DNA of 64,000 bases from Chrysomallon squamiferum (lineage: Eukaryota > Animalia > Mollusca), in the NCBI GenBank assembly GCA_012295275.1, contig CM022676.1:18352001-18416000 (forward strand), written 5' to 3'. The position numbers and the translations under genes are program-made. Each line of letters starts with the position of its first letter. The first letter of the stretch is position 1. Positions 13,001-24,356 of this stretch are shown here, piece after piece. The notes beneath the pieces were generated by a model, which worked only from the letters and a program-made list of their open reading frames with translations, searched no databases and had not been told where the DNA came from.

Positions 13001-16000
13001 AACAGCACCATTTTCACTGGCCAGACTATAACAGCACCTCATTACACTGGCAAAAAACAGGGCACTAAATATTGGTGAAACAAACAAGTTTTTCACACAT
13101 TCTTTTTTTTTTTTACAGCAAGGACATAATTTTCCATAACTTTTCCATAGCCAACATAACAAAATCTGATTTTCCAAAACTTTTAAAGTCCTGGAAAACA
13201 CTGTGACAAATTTCCAAAACTTCCCAAGATTTTCCAAAACAGATACAAACCCTGTCAATGAAGCAAGCTGATAATTACTGCAATATTAACCAGAAATCCA
13301 TCTATAACTGTCCAAAGTTGACCCTTGCTCTATATACTATTTACCATCATTTTAACTAAATGTGCCATAACTCAACTGTCATCTGCTGATTTCCCCTATC
13401 TTCCCAACAGACAAATACATTTATTCATAATGTGCAATGAGTTGGTAGATAGTCACTGAACAAACAACTATTTAATTTTCTGCCAATTTTTTCCAAACTT
13501 TTGGAAACTTCCTGAACTTCTGAGTCAAAAGGTCTTATAAAATGCATTTTGCCATATATATATATATAAATAAATTCCCCTTCTTATGCCTTCACCCTGC
13601 TCCTTTTTCATGCCGGGGGAAACAGTATATATGTCTGCATGTGTATCTGTGAGCGTGTGTGTGTGTGTGTGTGTGTGAAACACTATATATGTCTGCATGT
13701 GTATCTGTGAGTGTGTGTGTGTGTGTGTGAAACACTATATATGTATGCATGTGTATCTGTGAGTGTGAGTGTGTGTGTGAAACACTATATATGTCTGCAT
13801 GTGTATCTGTGAGTGTGTGGGTTTTGATTAAAATAACAAAGTAATGTACATACTGGTCTGTATTTGGATCTGTAACCTTTTCCTTCCAAATGTCGGTCCC
13901 AGTCCTCTATCTTTTCTTTTCTCTTCTCTTCCTCTTTCTGTCACAAAGAAATAAATATTATAAAAACAAATACCCAAAGTAGATATAGTGATAGTTATTA
14001 CAATAATAATAATAATAATAATGTAGTAATGATAGTATTAACAGCTAGCAGTCAATGATGATGGTATTGATGATAATAATGATGATAGCAATGACAATAA
14101 TATTATTACTAGTTAATAATTAATTATGATGATAATAAAAATAATAATAATAACAAATTACAATAATGATATTTACACTTAATATGATATTCACAATAAC
14201 AACAACAACAATGAGTATTAATGTGAGTACTTAATGATGATGATGAAAATGACAACAACAATAACAACATTGTTAGTAATAATAACAAATTACCAAAAAT
14301 ATGTACAATAATGATATCTATACTTGACAGTGAAAATGAAAATAACAACGAGAATAATAATGTTGATATTAACAGCAACAACGACAGTGATAGTCTTTCA
14401 TAATAATAACAAACAGTGTGGTATGTACTGACTCGTTTCTGTTTTTCTAAGTATGTCTCTGCTTGCAGGTTCAGCTGCTCCTGCATCTTCTGCCTTGCTT
14501 TCTCCATGGCTTCGAGACGTCGGCGTGCAACGTCCGGATCAACGTCTAAACACAACATTTTAAAATAACAGCACAAAGAAACGACATGATATTGATGAAG
14601 AAAATCATCTGTTTTTATGTTTTTCATGAAAAAAAAATAAATTACACTGAGTTATTAGACATGGACGTATGATACTGTACATTTTAATAAATTTTTAAAT
14701 ATTGGAAGAACAAAGTTCACAGATTTCTGCTTGTTAGTAAATGTTTATGGAATTGATTTCATTATCAGATTATTTAATAAATATTAATGAAATTCAATCA
14801 ACTAATCAGCCTGTTATTAAATGTTCACAGAAATTTAAGTTATAATAAATTGAAAAAAAAAAAAGAAGAAAATTATCAATCTACTTTCATACAGCATTCA
14901 TATAAAAACTAAGTTATTTATGTTATTATTATACCTTCTTATACCACCCTCTACAACAAATATATCTTTTTTTTTTTTTTTTTAAATATCCAAATACTTG
15001 AACATAAAATAACCAAATAAATTTTACAGATATATTAACTGAAGATGTTACTGCCACTATTCTGTTTTTAGAAATAATCAATTCTGTTTCATAAACAGTG
15101 GTAAAACAATCTTTTAAAAAAAATATATTATAATAGTTAAATCAACCAAACATTTCGGCATTCACAAGAAACAAGAATCTCGGATTTTCCTAAAATACTG
15201 CTAAATCTAGTTTGTAGCTGATACAATACATTTCCTTGATGGCTCACACATGTATATTAAGAAAAATATATAAAAATTGCAACGAAATCCGTTGAAACAC
15301 AAAGAGTTAAAACATAACTAAAGTGTTGAAGATACACAGCGCCAGACCACTTTATCTAAATTTAGATCACCATGACAACATTGTAAACATTCACCCACAA
15401 ACTGTTAAGTATTCTAACGACTCAAGTTTTGTAACATACTAAAAATCTAAAAGTAGTCATGACAATGTTAGAACTTAGAGAGATGCCAGATGAAACCTTG
15501 GAGTGGGGTCCACAGTTAATCTTACCAAATTTTTTGTGTGCTTGTTGTTCTCTGCTCTGCTGCCATTTGTTAAAAGTTGAACCAAATTTGTTCCACAGAT
15601 AGAGTGCCAGAACTACAGCAGCAACAATAAACCATCCGTACGTCTGTACAAGTTCAACAACTGAAATGTAAAATTTAAAAATGATTTATCAATACTCCAC
15701 AACTGACAGCATGAGTAAACTAAAAATGTTTCAATAAATATTAGTAAGAAGAAGAAGAAAAAAATAAAAAATAAAAATAATAAATGTTTAGTAGTTGCTG
15801 GTTCTTGAAACACAATGGGTTTTTGAATCAAACTTATGATGGATCTAATAATGTGGGTTTTTTTTTACTGAATTACTTATTTATTTACTGTTTTGTAGAT
15901 TTATTTATTGCTGTTGTTGATCTTCTTTTTAAGGTTCTGAAAAAAAAGCAAATATTCGTCCATTTATTTCTTTTTAACTGGTCTGAAATTGGTTATTTAA

Positions 16001-16346
16001 TCTCAGAAAAAAAATATTTGCTGAATTCTAATCTTTGTTTGCAGTGTCCAAAAATGTATCCAATTTCCCAGTTATTTGTAATTATTAGAATTGTACGCAC
16101 AGATATAACATAAATATAAAAATCATAGAATGAGTTCAATGACTATACATAATACAGTAACAGTATACAGAACTCTGAACTGTTACTGTGTCAGCAACAA
16201 CATAATGATAATCATAATGATAATGACGGATAGAACATCGAGATATAAAATTAAAATAAAACAAAACATTTGAAACCTGAAGAAAATGTTGATGTTAAAA
16301 CAGCTGGATCTTTATTCTGCGGACTATTATCATCGACGTCTCCCAT
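8648..16346 (-). CDS. SELENOS: Selenoprotein S (SelS/VIMP), 6 coding exons, 182 aa, Sec at the penultimate position
   Basis: Exons 16346-16277, 15660-15526, 14545-14433, 13937-13854, 9583-9514, 8724-8648, all GT-AG with consistent phase. YGWF + TM helix; coiled coil RRRLEAMEKARQKMQEQL; EEEKRKEKIEDWD..EGKGY; C-terminus DYNPLMGDSSRYRPPRRSGLGGG-TGA(8656-8654)-G-TAA; SECIS downstream. Confidence 0.95.
8731..8848. repeat. 20-bp minisatellite (CAGAGCAAACACTCGTAACT)n abutting the last SELENOS acceptor
   Basis: About 6 tandem copies starting a few bases inside the intron. Confidence 0.85.
9050..9370. repeat. Degenerate ~28-30 bp tandem repeat
   Basis: Recurring ATTTGTTGATATT..ATATT.AGTGAC motif. 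Confidence 0.7.
11003..13254. mobile_element. Decayed non-autonomous hAT-like DNA transposon in SELENOS intron 4
   Basis: Ends CAGGGTTTGTA...TACAAACCCTG are inverted; TTTCCATAAC/TTTCCAAAAC subterminal motifs cluster at both ends. No intact 8-bp target duplication seen. A weaker outer pair of ends may lie at ~10890 and ~13628. Confidence 0.55.
11876..12197. repeat. 24-bp minisatellite (AACTAACCCTAAACTGAAAAATAC)n
   Basis: About 13 near-identical copies; explains ORF 11852..12211. Confidence 0.95.
13620..13818. repeat. ~50-60 bp compound repeat AAACACTATATATGTCTGCATGTGTATCTGTGAG(TG)n
   Basis: Four copies with variable (TG)n tail. Confidence 0.85.
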
Positions 16347-16430
16347 AATGATTCTTGATTTTCATCAAAAGATCTATCCCTTCTTTCACACCAAAATGAC
16401 AAAACAAAAAATCCAACAAAATAAACTACA

Positions 16431-16446
16431 GCACGTCACCGGAAAT
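16431..16446 (-). promoter_or_regulatory. UPRE/ATF-like TGACGTG adjacent to ETS motif upstream of SELENOS
   Basis: Minus strand TTTCCGGTGACGTGC ~90 bp upstream of the ATG; motif match only. Confidence 0.45.
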
Positions 16447-17141
16447 AGAACCTTAATTAACTTCGAAAATTGAAAAACATAAACAAGGGAGATAAATGAG
16501 TTATACATGGAACGACAATGATAAATATATTATAATTTACCACTATTAAGTTATTTCAAATTCTTGTCTTTTCATTTAATTATTTTCTTAAAACACACAC
16601 ACACAGTCAATTTCGGTATGAGGCATTTGCCTCATTTGCGTCAATGTAGTTATGGCGTTTGAACAGTTATTGATTCTACTTTTTTTTTTTTTTTTTTTCT
16701 ATTTCTATGAACAATTTTTTAATTAATGTACTTTGTGTTCCCCCTGATTAATAGTTCTTTTTAAAAAAAAAATCAAACAACAACAACAACAAACAAAACT
16801 ATCATCATCAAAATATGATAATAATAATTTAAAACCAAAAAAATAAAAATAAACGAAGCACCAATCAACAACAACAAAGAAATTTTCCAACAACAAACAA
16901 AAATCATCAACAACAGCGATTTTTATATTCACCACCAAAAACAAACACATGTGACATTCACCATCAACAACAAACAAAAAAAACATTCATCACCAAGAAC
17001 AATGAAAGAAACGAACAAAACTGTTAAAAGCCAGCAAATATCGATTTATAATCATCATTGGCAAGATAGATATTAATGAAAAGCTAATTTTTGTCAGTGT
17101 TATAATATATAATAAGATTCTTCCATTTCCGTTCAGTAATG

Positions 17142-17335
17142 TCTGTTGTTTAGTGAACGATTTAGGTAACGTAGTCCGCCTTCGTAGTGCGGCGGGTGAG
17201 TGCCATGTGTTCGAGTCTCGTCAGCGGTATGTGACAGGGTTCTGTGATGTCGTGATTGGACGCTGTTCTCCCATGCCAGTGCGTTCCCGAATACTGTCTA
17301 AGTACACAGTACATAAGACGAACATGAGACAGAGA
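17142..17335 (+). mobile_element. Possible tRNA-derived SINE or tRNA pseudogene
   Basis: GC-rich island; 17142-17229 folds loosely as a cloverleaf (CTGTTG/CAGCGG acceptor, CCGC/GCGG arm, T-loop/B-box GTTCGAGTC); followed by ~100 bp body and (CT)n. Confidence 0.4.
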
Positions 17336-17367
17336 ATTTTCAAATCCTAATATAAATAAATACAAGC

Positions 17368-17370
<3 letters not shown>

Positions 17371-17438
<68 letters not shown>
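17371..17438. repeat. (CT)n microsatellite
   Basis: Pure CT run. Confidence 0.95.
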
Positions 17439-17443
<5 letters not shown>

Positions 17444-17818
17444 GATAGAGCAAGGATTTCAGATTATTATTATTGTTATTGATAACTAATTTTAATATTC
17501 ATATTATCGAGTTAATTTGTAATTCTTAAGTAAAAAACAGTTACATAACATTTTATTTAGTTCATTCTGTTTTATTTATATCTCACTTTTCCCCATGATT
17601 TTCATTTACTTTTTATTTTACTTTTATTATTATTATTATTTTTTTTTTTTTTATTATTATTATTCCCCCCCCCCTACTGAGGAATAAAAGTTTCAAAATA
17701 ACAAATCCTGGAAAAATGTAATAATACTTTTGAGAACATTATTTAAAATTTGGCTCAGATGTCTAAATATATCTCTTGGCGGAAGATCGTTGATTACTCA
17801 TGTGTTTTTTCATTCTTA

Positions 17819-17883
17819 GGGGAATCCCCTTTCGCAATTTCTTTGACGTCATGGCTAAATTGGCCAATCGATATAACTTCCGG
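17819..17883 (+). promoter_or_regulatory. Proximal promoter of IkB-like gene: kB site, CRE, double CCAAT, ETS
   Basis: GGGGAATCCCC 17819-17829; TGACGTCA 17844-17851; ATTGGCCAAT 17859-17868; ACTTCCGG 17876-17883; all within 160 bp of ATG 17976. Confidence 0.75.
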
Positions 17884-17975
17884 CTTCAAAGGCTGATTCT
17901 TGTGAGCTAGGTGATTTGCGGTAGAACATTTTCCGTTTTATATTTAGAGAAAGAAAGTCTTAGTCCAAAAAAAAG

Positions 17976-18456
17976 ATGAAGTTAAATTCAGACGAAACAA
18001 CCGCTATTCTCGGTGATGTTGATCGAACAATGACCGACGAGATGTCAGTAACATCAAAAGGTTAGTTTCCAGTTTCTCTGTTAAATTAGGTGAATGTGAA
18101 GCAATATGTCACTCGTAAACTTAAAGCAATATCCTATTAAGATTTCCCTTGTTAGAATAACTTACTTTGTAAATGTGGTTCTTTTTCTTTTTAAAGATTA
18201 GATTATTTTGACTCTGTTCATTGTATTAGTATTAACGTCATTATTTAATAATGTTCTAGGAGAAAAAAAAAATAAAAAAAAAAAAAAAAAAGAAAGAAGA
18301 AAAAAAAACCACTACCAATAACTTGGTTTCTCACCTTCAGCTATGAAAGAAACTAAACATATTAAATACTTGTAACACTTTAAAAATACGGAAAATGTAT
18401 TATAAAAGTAATCATTATTTTTAATTTAAATCAGTACAAATCGCGTAGAATTAGAT

Positions 18457-18495
<39 letters not shown>

Positions 18496-21400
18496 TTTTT
18501 TATTATATTTGTAATTATGTTAGATTTCATAGTTCCATTACTTTAAAATAATTTTTTCAGTTTACCTTCGTTTTTGAATTTTATCTACATATGTTTTGTT
18601 TTTTCGTTATATTTAAATTGTTATGCTAATTGATTCATTTGATTAATAGAATAAATAAAAATATAAAATGGTATAAAGAAGAACAAGGATTAGGTTGTTT
18701 GTGATGAAAGAAAGATAGAAAGGAAATAATAATAATAAAATATATTCATAATATTGTAAAATAAAGTTAATGAAGCGGGTTTATCTGATAACCAATCATT
18801 TTCTGTTTAATTATGTATCCTTATAATTGTAAGTGAATTTTAGTATCACAAAGAAGGAGAGGAAAATAAGAAAGAAATAAAGAAAAAGACAGAAAGCTGC
18901 GATAAAACAAGTGCGAAAAGTAACTGTATGCATCGCACAAGCCTGAACAAATATTTATAACATCAAGCTTGTATTATATGATTTACAGTATAATGACACA
19001 TGTGTCGTGTCAGGCTATGTCAGTTTTTTTCCATTAGCCGTGACCTAAATACGAAAGGCAGCCGACATTACTTTCAAATGCGTCTGCTGTCTGATTACTT
19101 AGTTTTTATTTCACATTTTGGAAACACTGATATTTTGACACCAGGTTTTTGGTAATTACAAACATCTTATTGCTCTCATTCTAAGATTATTCACAAATGT
19201 ATTTAATTTTATGTTGCGAATCGGTTGTAATAATAATAAACATATTTAATTTTTCTTGGGTCACGACACGATTCATAATTATTATACGAAAGTCGTAAAC
19301 AACTACAAAATTTAGTTTAACTGTCGTTCTTCTTTTTATTTATTTTCATCAGACTAATAAACTAAGTTATAATAATTATTAGATTAGGTTTTATTGATAT
19401 TATAAATGTATAATTATCAGTATCTGATTAGTGTCAATGTCATAGAATCTCTAAAAAGTGTCTTTGCGGAAATAAAAAAAAAAAATTAATTCAAGGACAG
19501 GATAATAATAATAATGATGATAATAATAATAATAATAATTATTATTATTATTTTAAGTGAATGTATTCGTACAGGCACTGTAGAAATATATTATTGAAAA
19601 ATATAGTAAATATGTATTTTCAGTAAATCACTAAATATTTTTATTTTTCAATTTCATTGGACCATCAGAATTAGCCTGTTTAACAAATAATGATCACATA
19701 CATATTTACACCAGAAATATACATTAATGCAGATATATAATAGATTCATTAAAATTGAAAAACACTCCTTCTACCAAAAATATAAAATAGTTCACGAATT
19801 AAGTTAATGAATATGTCAAGGAAATAAATAAGATAAAAATATAAAACGACTGAAAACAAAAGACATGTTAAAAAAAAAAGAAGAAAAAAAAAGAAGAAAA
19901 TCAATAAAATGTGAATAAAAATCTGTAAAACAGAAAATTAAAGAAAGTATTAAAAAATCAGGGTCACTGATTTAGACAAAAGATAAATAAATAAACCTAC
20001 GAAATTTTGAATTTTTTTCAGCCTGTTTGGTGGAGAGGAGTGTTGTGCGATCTGACAAGGAGGCAAATGGCGCAGTGAATGGGAAGAAGTTTATTCCTAT
20101 AGTCGACTGTGATGGGATGATAAGTCTAAAACGAGAACCAGTTGAAACATCTGACTCCGAGGACAACACTGACGTCTGCAGCAGGGAACAGGTGCAGTCA
20201 AACATGGCTGACAGCGAAGTGGAGAAAGGTTATGACGAACACGATGAACAGAAGATGAACAAGAGAACTGACAAAGACGTTGATGTAGTTGCCGACAAGA
20301 TATTAAATCTGAAGCTGGAGAACGACGATGAGAAGTTTGAAATTAAAGAAGGTGAAGGCAAGAAAAGTGACGATGTTGACTCATACATCCACATCTACCC
20401 AGCAGATATCAAGGTTGAAGATGAAGTGGGTCAGACTGAGGATGATGCTGTACAGAATCTGAGAGAGCGAGGACCGACACGAGGCCGCCCGTCATCCTTC
20501 CTCCCGGGCACCCAGGCTGTCTACAGCAGCGGCTACAGCTTTCAGCCAGGACTGATGACAAACAATAACTTTTATGATTTTGCTGTGGAAACCAGACCAG
20601 GGAAGCGCAGGCCTGATGATGATCTGATTACACCGTGGAAGTACAACCGACCTCCAGAGGAGGTGAATGACCTTGATAACCCCAGAAATGACATGCAGAA
20701 GAATTCAGTAAACATACCAGCAATGAGTGGTGGTCAGGTGACGATCAGTACTCCAGAAATAAATCCTCCAAAACTGTTCCATCAGTTTTCTGAGAGTGAT
20801 GCCAATGAGATTCTGCGAACACTTGAAACCATAGACCAGACGAATTTCAATGGGATGTATAACAGTGGCATACCTCATTCCCATCTGGCAGTCGCAGCAA
20901 CAACAAGCACATCAATGTTACCTGGACCAACAGTTTCAGGATCAGATGTCATCACGCAGCTGAATGATTTTCGTGACAGCAGCAGTGTCATTGACAGTGG
21001 CATTGATTCGTGCAGTGATGGATACAGCTCAGAGCCAAGCCCACTCAGTGATGTATCTGTGTTGTCTCCGCCTCCATCCAACATGTCGCACATGTCTTCT
21101 GACAGTGGGGTATCAATGGGAAGTGTCCTTAGTCCCAAAGAATCGGTTATCATGGATACCATGTCTCCCAGAAGCCAGACGAGCACATACGATGGGATGA
21201 TGTCTTCACCAAGAAGTCAGAACGGTTGCTATGACACCATTTTGGACCCAACACCAATTACCAAGGCAATGGCATCACCACGAAGTCAGCAAAATGGCTG
21301 TGACAACATCAGCAACCTGTCTTCGTCACCTGCTAACAGTGACATTGGTGGAACATGCAGCGGCTTTCAGTCACCTAATTTGAATGGACAAAATGGCAGG

Positions 21401-23205
21401 TCCCTAATGCATCTGGAGGATGTTCAAGTAATTACATAGATGAGAATATTGATGATTTCCGTGACGTGATGAGCATCGTCTGCCGAGATTTACTGGAAAC
21501 TAAATTCAAACCAGACTCCTATATAAACCTGAAACCTTCATCTGTTGCCAACAAAGTCTACAACAAATCAATCAAACAATGTCTGACTTCCACACCTTGC
21601 GTTAGTTCGACAGCAAACATCCCTGTTTCAACTTCAACCTTCCAGAGTGGTTTTCTACCTACACACGTCAACAAGTTATCAGTGGCAAATGAAGGATCTC
21701 CTATCTACAGACCAGCTCCTCAGTCATCTGAAGCTGCAGTTCCAACAACCTCAGTGGTTTCCAATGTCAACTGTGATTCCTATGACCATTCCATCACATC
21801 TCATAAACAGCAGTACAGCAAGTACATCAGCCACAACAGCAATGACATCACGCATCGTAATCATCCCCAACAATCAACAGCCACAGGCTATTGTTGTAGT
21901 GAACCCTGCACCACCTCTGCCCAGAAAACCACAGTATGTTCCAATAAAACCAAAACTACCACAGCCTGGAGCAGCAACTACAGCAACAACATTGCCTACA
22001 GTAATTAGTGGAAATTCATCTCTGAAAACAACGAAGGCAAACAACTCTCCAAAGAATCAGAAGAAAGTGAGTGTGGCCAATTCACCCAACAGTGTAGGTC
22101 AGACTGGGCAAAAAGAAGTCCTTGTGACTGGTAAGTAAAGAAGATAAAAAAATGCCTTGACTTTTATAGTTAATTCTGATGACTAAGAAAGTTTTTAAAA
22201 ATACAGGTCTTGACTATGATTTTTTTTTTGTAACATTTAAAAAAAAAACAAAGACAACAATTAGTTATTTCAATTATGTAACACAACTACTTACATATTA
22301 ATATATAGTTATTTTAATTGAATTAAATAAAATAAAATTTAAAGTTTAGCATTTTTAAGTGATGTTTTTGAAATAAATTAATGAAAAAAGATATAATTGT
22401 TTTTAACATCAATAGAATAATTCAACATCTAAGTAATTTAGTAATAAATAATCAAGTAAATAAATAAATAAATGATACTGAAATTAGATAAATAATGAAC
22501 CAAAATAATTTAGTAAATAAGTAAATATGTCAGTATTTTAATAAATAAAATAGTAAAGAAATATCATTAACTCTTTCAGTAAATAAAAAGTGATTTAAGA
22601 AATACGTTTATGAATAATATTTTAATTAATAATTCAAGGAAGATGTTGTTTTTAATAACATTTTAATAAAAGAAAAGTTTCTCAAGAAACATATAAATAG
22701 AAAGTTTTTAAGAAAAATGTATAAAATGTTGATAAATAATATTTTTAATAAATGAAAAGTTTTTCAAGATTTAAATGTATACATTTAAGTAAATATTTGT
22801 TTATAGCAAAGAAGAACAACAGTCAGAACACGCTGAACATTGCTCGCCGACTTGTAGCGAACATGAGTCGAGAACAAATACAATACCAGGACAAAGATGG
22901 AGACTCGTAAGTGTTTTTAAAAAAACGAATATTGTACACTCATTTCTTACTTTAGTTCTAAAATTATTGTTCAGATCCGTGTTCAAAGTCATATTTTTCT
23001 GTTGATGTATTTTATTTTTCTTGTTGTTGTTGTTGTTTCAGTATTACTGCTATTTTGTGTTTTATTATTATTATTATTATTAATGTTGTTGTTCTTATCA
23101 TTCCCATTATTATTCTTATTGGTATTACCATTATTATTATTAATATTATAAGTATCGTTATTATTTTATTATCATTATCATCATAATAATCATAGTTATT
23201 ATTGC

Positions 23206-23250
<45 letters not shown>

Positions 23251-24322
23251 ACAGATATCTACATGTTGCTGTGTGTAAGGCTGACAAGTTTCTGGTACAA
23301 GCATTGTTGGAAAGACAAGTCAGAGAAGAACTGCAGTACATGGTTGATGTTGAGAATAACCTGCGACAGGTAAGTCAGTGATAGTTTATAGTGGGGGTTG
23401 TTACAGGTGTGTCAGTGACAGTTTATAGTGGGGGTGGTTACAAGCATGTCAGTGATAGTTTATAGTGGGGTTGGTTACAGGTAAGTCAGTGACAGTTTAT
23501 AGTGGGGGTGGTTACAGGTATGTCAGTGATAGTTTATAGTGGGGGTGGTTACAGGTATGTCAGTGACAGTTTATAGTGGGGGTGGTTACAGGTGTTTCAG
23601 TGACAGTTTATAGGGGGGTGGTTACAGGTATGTCAGTGAAAGTTTATAGTGGGGGTGGTTACAGATGTTACTGTTTATATTGTATTAAAGAAGCTTTATG
23701 TTTTATTTTATTTTATATTTTGTTATTATTTTTTGTTTTTTAAATGTAAAATATCAGGTGTGTTTTATTACAAATCTGCTAGATTTTTCTCTATAAAAAT
23801 ATTTCAAATTGGTATCAAGTCATATTAATACCATCTTCTAAAACTTACTTGTTTCAAGATGAGAAACAGTATAGTTTTTCTTTTTTCACAGGATAGATTT
23901 CATGCTTTTATATTTTTCTTTTACTGCTAAGATTTTGGGGTAATTTTTACCTTACATAATTTATTTATTTTTTTATTGTTATTTATTAATGTTATAATTT
24001 TTTTTTTTTTTTTTACTGCATCATTTTTTTATACATTTTGTTTTTACTTACCTTTTTGTCAGCCATTTTGATTTAACATTTGTGTTGCAGACGCCACTGT
24101 ATCTCGCAGTGAGTGCAAATCAACCAGATATGGTGTCGATGCTGATTCAGTATAAAGCCGATGTCAACATCCTGGCCGAGGTAAATGATTTAAAAATAAC
24201 TGAGTATCATACAGACATGAACAAAACACATACTCCATTATAGATACAGCAGACATTTAGGTATAAATATACACATTATATGTACACATGCATACATACA
24301 CACATACACATAACTGTTCACG

Positions 24323-24356
<34 letters not shown>

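Noticed and set aside
17142-17229. tRNA-Sec gene next to a selenoprotein gene
   Set aside because: No TCA anticodon or tRNA-Sec arm structure; pairing too poor for a functional tRNA.
21428-21439. 12-nt GT...AG micro-intron removing the stop in IkB-like exon 2
   Set aside because: Too short, and the frame hits another stop at ~21467 anyway.
23365-23665. 37-bp repeats as a CRISPR array
   Set aside because: No unique spacers, eukaryotic intron, no cas genes; the same applies to 50780-51259.
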